Both the position numbers and the translations under genes were made by a program. A stretch of DNA of 64,000 nucleotides from Malacoraja senta (Eukaryota). Location of the stretch: NCBI GenBank assembly GCA_038087875.1, contig CM075979.1, positions 17,174,001 to 17,238,000 on the forward strand, read 5' to 3'. The notes under the pieces were generated by a model that saw only the letters and a list, made by a program, of their open reading frames with translations, ran no database searches and was not told the DNA's origin. This document shows, piece after piece, positions 61,185 to 64,000 of this stretch (position 1 is the stretch's first letter; the number at the start of each line of letters is the position of its first letter).

Positions 61185-63835
61185 GTACTGACGAGGTAGA
61201 GTCACTGTGGATTGAGTTGAGGAATTGTAAAGGCAAGAAGACACTAATTGGTGTTATCTACAGACCCCCAAATAGTAGCCCGGATGTAGGATGTAAGTTG
61301 CAGCAGGAGTTAAAACTGGCATGTAACAAAGGTAATGCCACTGTGGTGATGGGGGATTTCAATATGCAGGTAGACTGGGAAAATCAAGTTGGTTCAGGAC
61401 CTCAAGAAAGAGAGTTTGTAGAGTGCCTCCGAGATGGATTCTTAGAGCAGCTTGTAATGGAGCCGACCAGAGAAAAGGCAATTCTGGATTTAGTGTTGTC
61501 CAATTAACCAGATATGATAAGAGAACTCAAGGTAAAGGAACCGCTTGGAGGTAGTGATCATAATATGATTAGTTTAATCTGCAATTTGAGAAGGAGAAGG
61601 TTAAATCGGAAATGTCAGTGATGCAGTTGAACAAAGGGGACTATGAAGGCATGAGAGAAGAGCTGGCCAAGGTAGACTGGAAAGGGATCCTAGCAGGAAT
61701 GACGGTGGAACAGCAATGGCAGGAATTTCTGGGCATAATCCGGAAGACGCAGGATCATTTCATTCCAAAAAGGAAGAAATATTCTGAGGGGAGTAGGAGG
61801 CAACCGTGGTTGACAAGAGAAGTTAGGGATAGAATAAAACTAAGAGAAAAGATGTATAACACAGCAAAGAGTAGCCGGAAGCCAGAGGATTGGGAAACTT
61901 TCATAGGACAACAGAAGGAAACAAAACGGGCAATGCGGGCTGAAAAGATGAAGTACGAATGGAAGCTGGCCAGGAATATAAAGAAGGACAGTAAAAGCTT
62001 CTTTAGATATGTTAAGGGAAAAAGAGTAGCAAAGTCAAATGTGGGTCCCTTGAAGGCAGACACGGGTGAAATTATTATGGGTAACAAGGAAATGGCAGAA
62101 GAGTTGAACAAGTACTTCGGATCTGTCTTCACTAAGGAAGACACAAACAATCTTCCAGATGTACGGGAGGACAGAGGATCTAAGGGGGTAGAGGAACTGA
62201 GAGAAATTTTCATTAGGCGAGAAATAGTATTGGGTAGGCTAATGGGACTGAAGGATGATAAATCCCCTGGGCCTGATGGTCTGCATCCCAGGGTCCTCAG
62301 GGAGGTGGCTCTAGAAATAGTGGACGCATTGGTGATTATTTTCCAATGTTCGATCGATTCAGGATCAGTTACTGTGGATTGGAGGATAGCTAACGTTATC
62401 CCACTTTTCAAGAAAGGAGCGAGAGAGAAAACGGGGAATTACAGACCAGTTAGCCTGCCTTCAGTGGTGGGAAAGATGCTGGAGTCAATTATTAAAGAGG
62501 TAATAATGGGGCATTTGGATAGCAGTAAAAGGATTAGTCCAAGTCAACATGGATTTATGAAAGGGAAATCATGCTTGACTAATCTTCTGGAATTTTTTGA
62601 GGATGTGACAAGTAAAATGGATGAAAGGGTGCCAGTGTATCTAGACTTTCAGAAAGCGTTTGATAAGGTCTCGCACGGAAGACTGGTGACTAAAATTAGA
62701 GCACATGGTATTGGGGGTAGGGTGTTGACATGGATACAAAATTGGTTGGCAGACAGGACGCAAAGTGTAGGAGTGAACGGGTCCTTTTCAGAATGGCAGG
62801 CAGTGACGAGTGGAGTGCCGCAAGGCTCGGTGTTGGGGCCGTAACTGTTTACCATATATATTAATGATTTGGAAGAGGGAATTAGGAGCAACACTAGCAA
62901 GTTTGCAGATGACACGAAGCTGGGTGGCAGTGTGAACTGTGAAGAGGATGTTAGGAGGTTGCAGGGTGACCTGGACAGGTTGAGTGAGTGGGCAGATGCG
63001 TGGCAGATGCAGTATAATATAGATAAATGTGAGGTTATCCAATTTGATGCCAAAAATAAGGGGGCAGATTATTATCTCAATGGGGTTAGGTTAGGCAAGG
63101 GGGAGGTGCAGCGAGACCTGGGCTTCCTTGTACACCAGTCACTGAAAGTTGGCGTGCAGGTACAGCAGGCAGTGAAGAAAGCTAATGGAATGTTGGCCTT
63201 CATAACAAGAGGATTTCAGTATAGGAGTAAAGAGGTTCTTCTGCAGTTGTATAGGGCTCTGGTGAGACCACATCTGGAGTATTGTGTCCAGTTTTGGTCT
63301 CCGAATTTGAGGAAGGACATCCTTGTGATTGAGGCAGTGCAGCGTAGGTTCACGAGATTGATCCCTGGGATGGGGGGACTGTCATATGAGGAAAGATTGA
63401 AAAGACTAGGCTTGTGTTCACTGGAGTTTAGAAGGATGAGGGGGATCTTATAGAAACATATAAAATTATAAAAGGACTGGACAAGCTAGATGCAGGAAAA
63501 ATGTTTGCAATGTTGGGCGACTCCAGAACCAGGGGCCACAGTCTTAGAATAACGGGGAAGCCATTTAAGACTGAGGTGAGAAAAAAACGTTTTCACCCAG
63601 AGAGTTGTGAATTTGTGGAATTCCCTGCCACAGAATGCAGTGAACGCCAAGTCACTGGATGGATTTAAGAGAGAGTTAGATAGAGCTCTATGGGCTAGTG
63701 GAATCAAGGGATATGGGGACAAGGCAGGCACGGGTTATTGATTGGGTACGATCAGCCATGTTCACAATGAATGGCGGTGCTGGCTCGAAGGGCCGAATGG
63801 CCTCCTCCTGCACCTATTTTCTGTGTTTCCATGTT
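61185..63835 (+). mobile_element. 5'-truncated CR1 LINE ORF2 (endonuclease end, RT, 3' tail), young but disrupted
   Basis: GVIYRPPN..GDFN; 410-aa ORF 61612-62844 with KSPGPDG, NYRPVSL, QHGF, LDFQKAFDKV and GVPQGSVLGP; FADDTK; (ctatttt/tttctat) tail; several frameshifts and stops. Confidence 0.95.
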
Positions 63836-64000
63836 TCTATGTAGACCAGTTATGAGTGAAACATATGAGTTTTTACAACTTTCTAATCTAATAGGCTTTC
63901 AAGGCTTTCACTATTGAGGTCAATCTTTTTTTAATGCAATTCTCTGAATTGCAGGACCAGTAATTTAACCACCACACTCCCAATCCTAACTGCAGAATTT

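Overview
Vertebrate genomic DNA from a cartilaginous fish. The repeat families and the RAG2 sequence suggest a skate or ray; this is inference, not a lookup. The window covers the RAG2/IFTAP (C11orf74, NWC) half of the RAG locus. RAG2 is an intact single coding exon on + (51879-53438, 519 aa). IFTAP runs on -, with coding exons at 15054-15156, 6676-6812 (predicted GC donor) and 230-296, and a probable non-coding first exon in a CpG island at about 50.4-50.85 kb, just upstream of the RAG2 coding exon. RAG1 is not in the 10.5 kb downstream of RAG2, and there is a 142-N gap at 56138-56279. Much of the rest is mobile DNA: CR1, Rex1/Babar, L1, Tx1, RTE, L2-like and Penelope retroelements, tRNA-head SINEs, an ERV solo LTR, Helitrons, Harbinger elements and MITEs, two DNA-transposon families with 5-bp TSDs, and a Gypsy element with nested insertions whose TSDs are mostly still readable. 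Most notable observations: (1) a 229-bp, about 98%-identical inverted duplication bracketing the IFTAP start exon; (2) an in-frame stop and an overlapping uORF just before the IFTAP start; (3) RFX X-box and ZNF143-like motifs at the shared RAG2/IFTAP CpG promoter; (4) a RUNX/E-box/ETS cluster plus short + strand exon candidates upstream of RAG2, one resembling an inverted copy of IFTAP exon 2. Comparisons to human proteins are from memory and need alignment.
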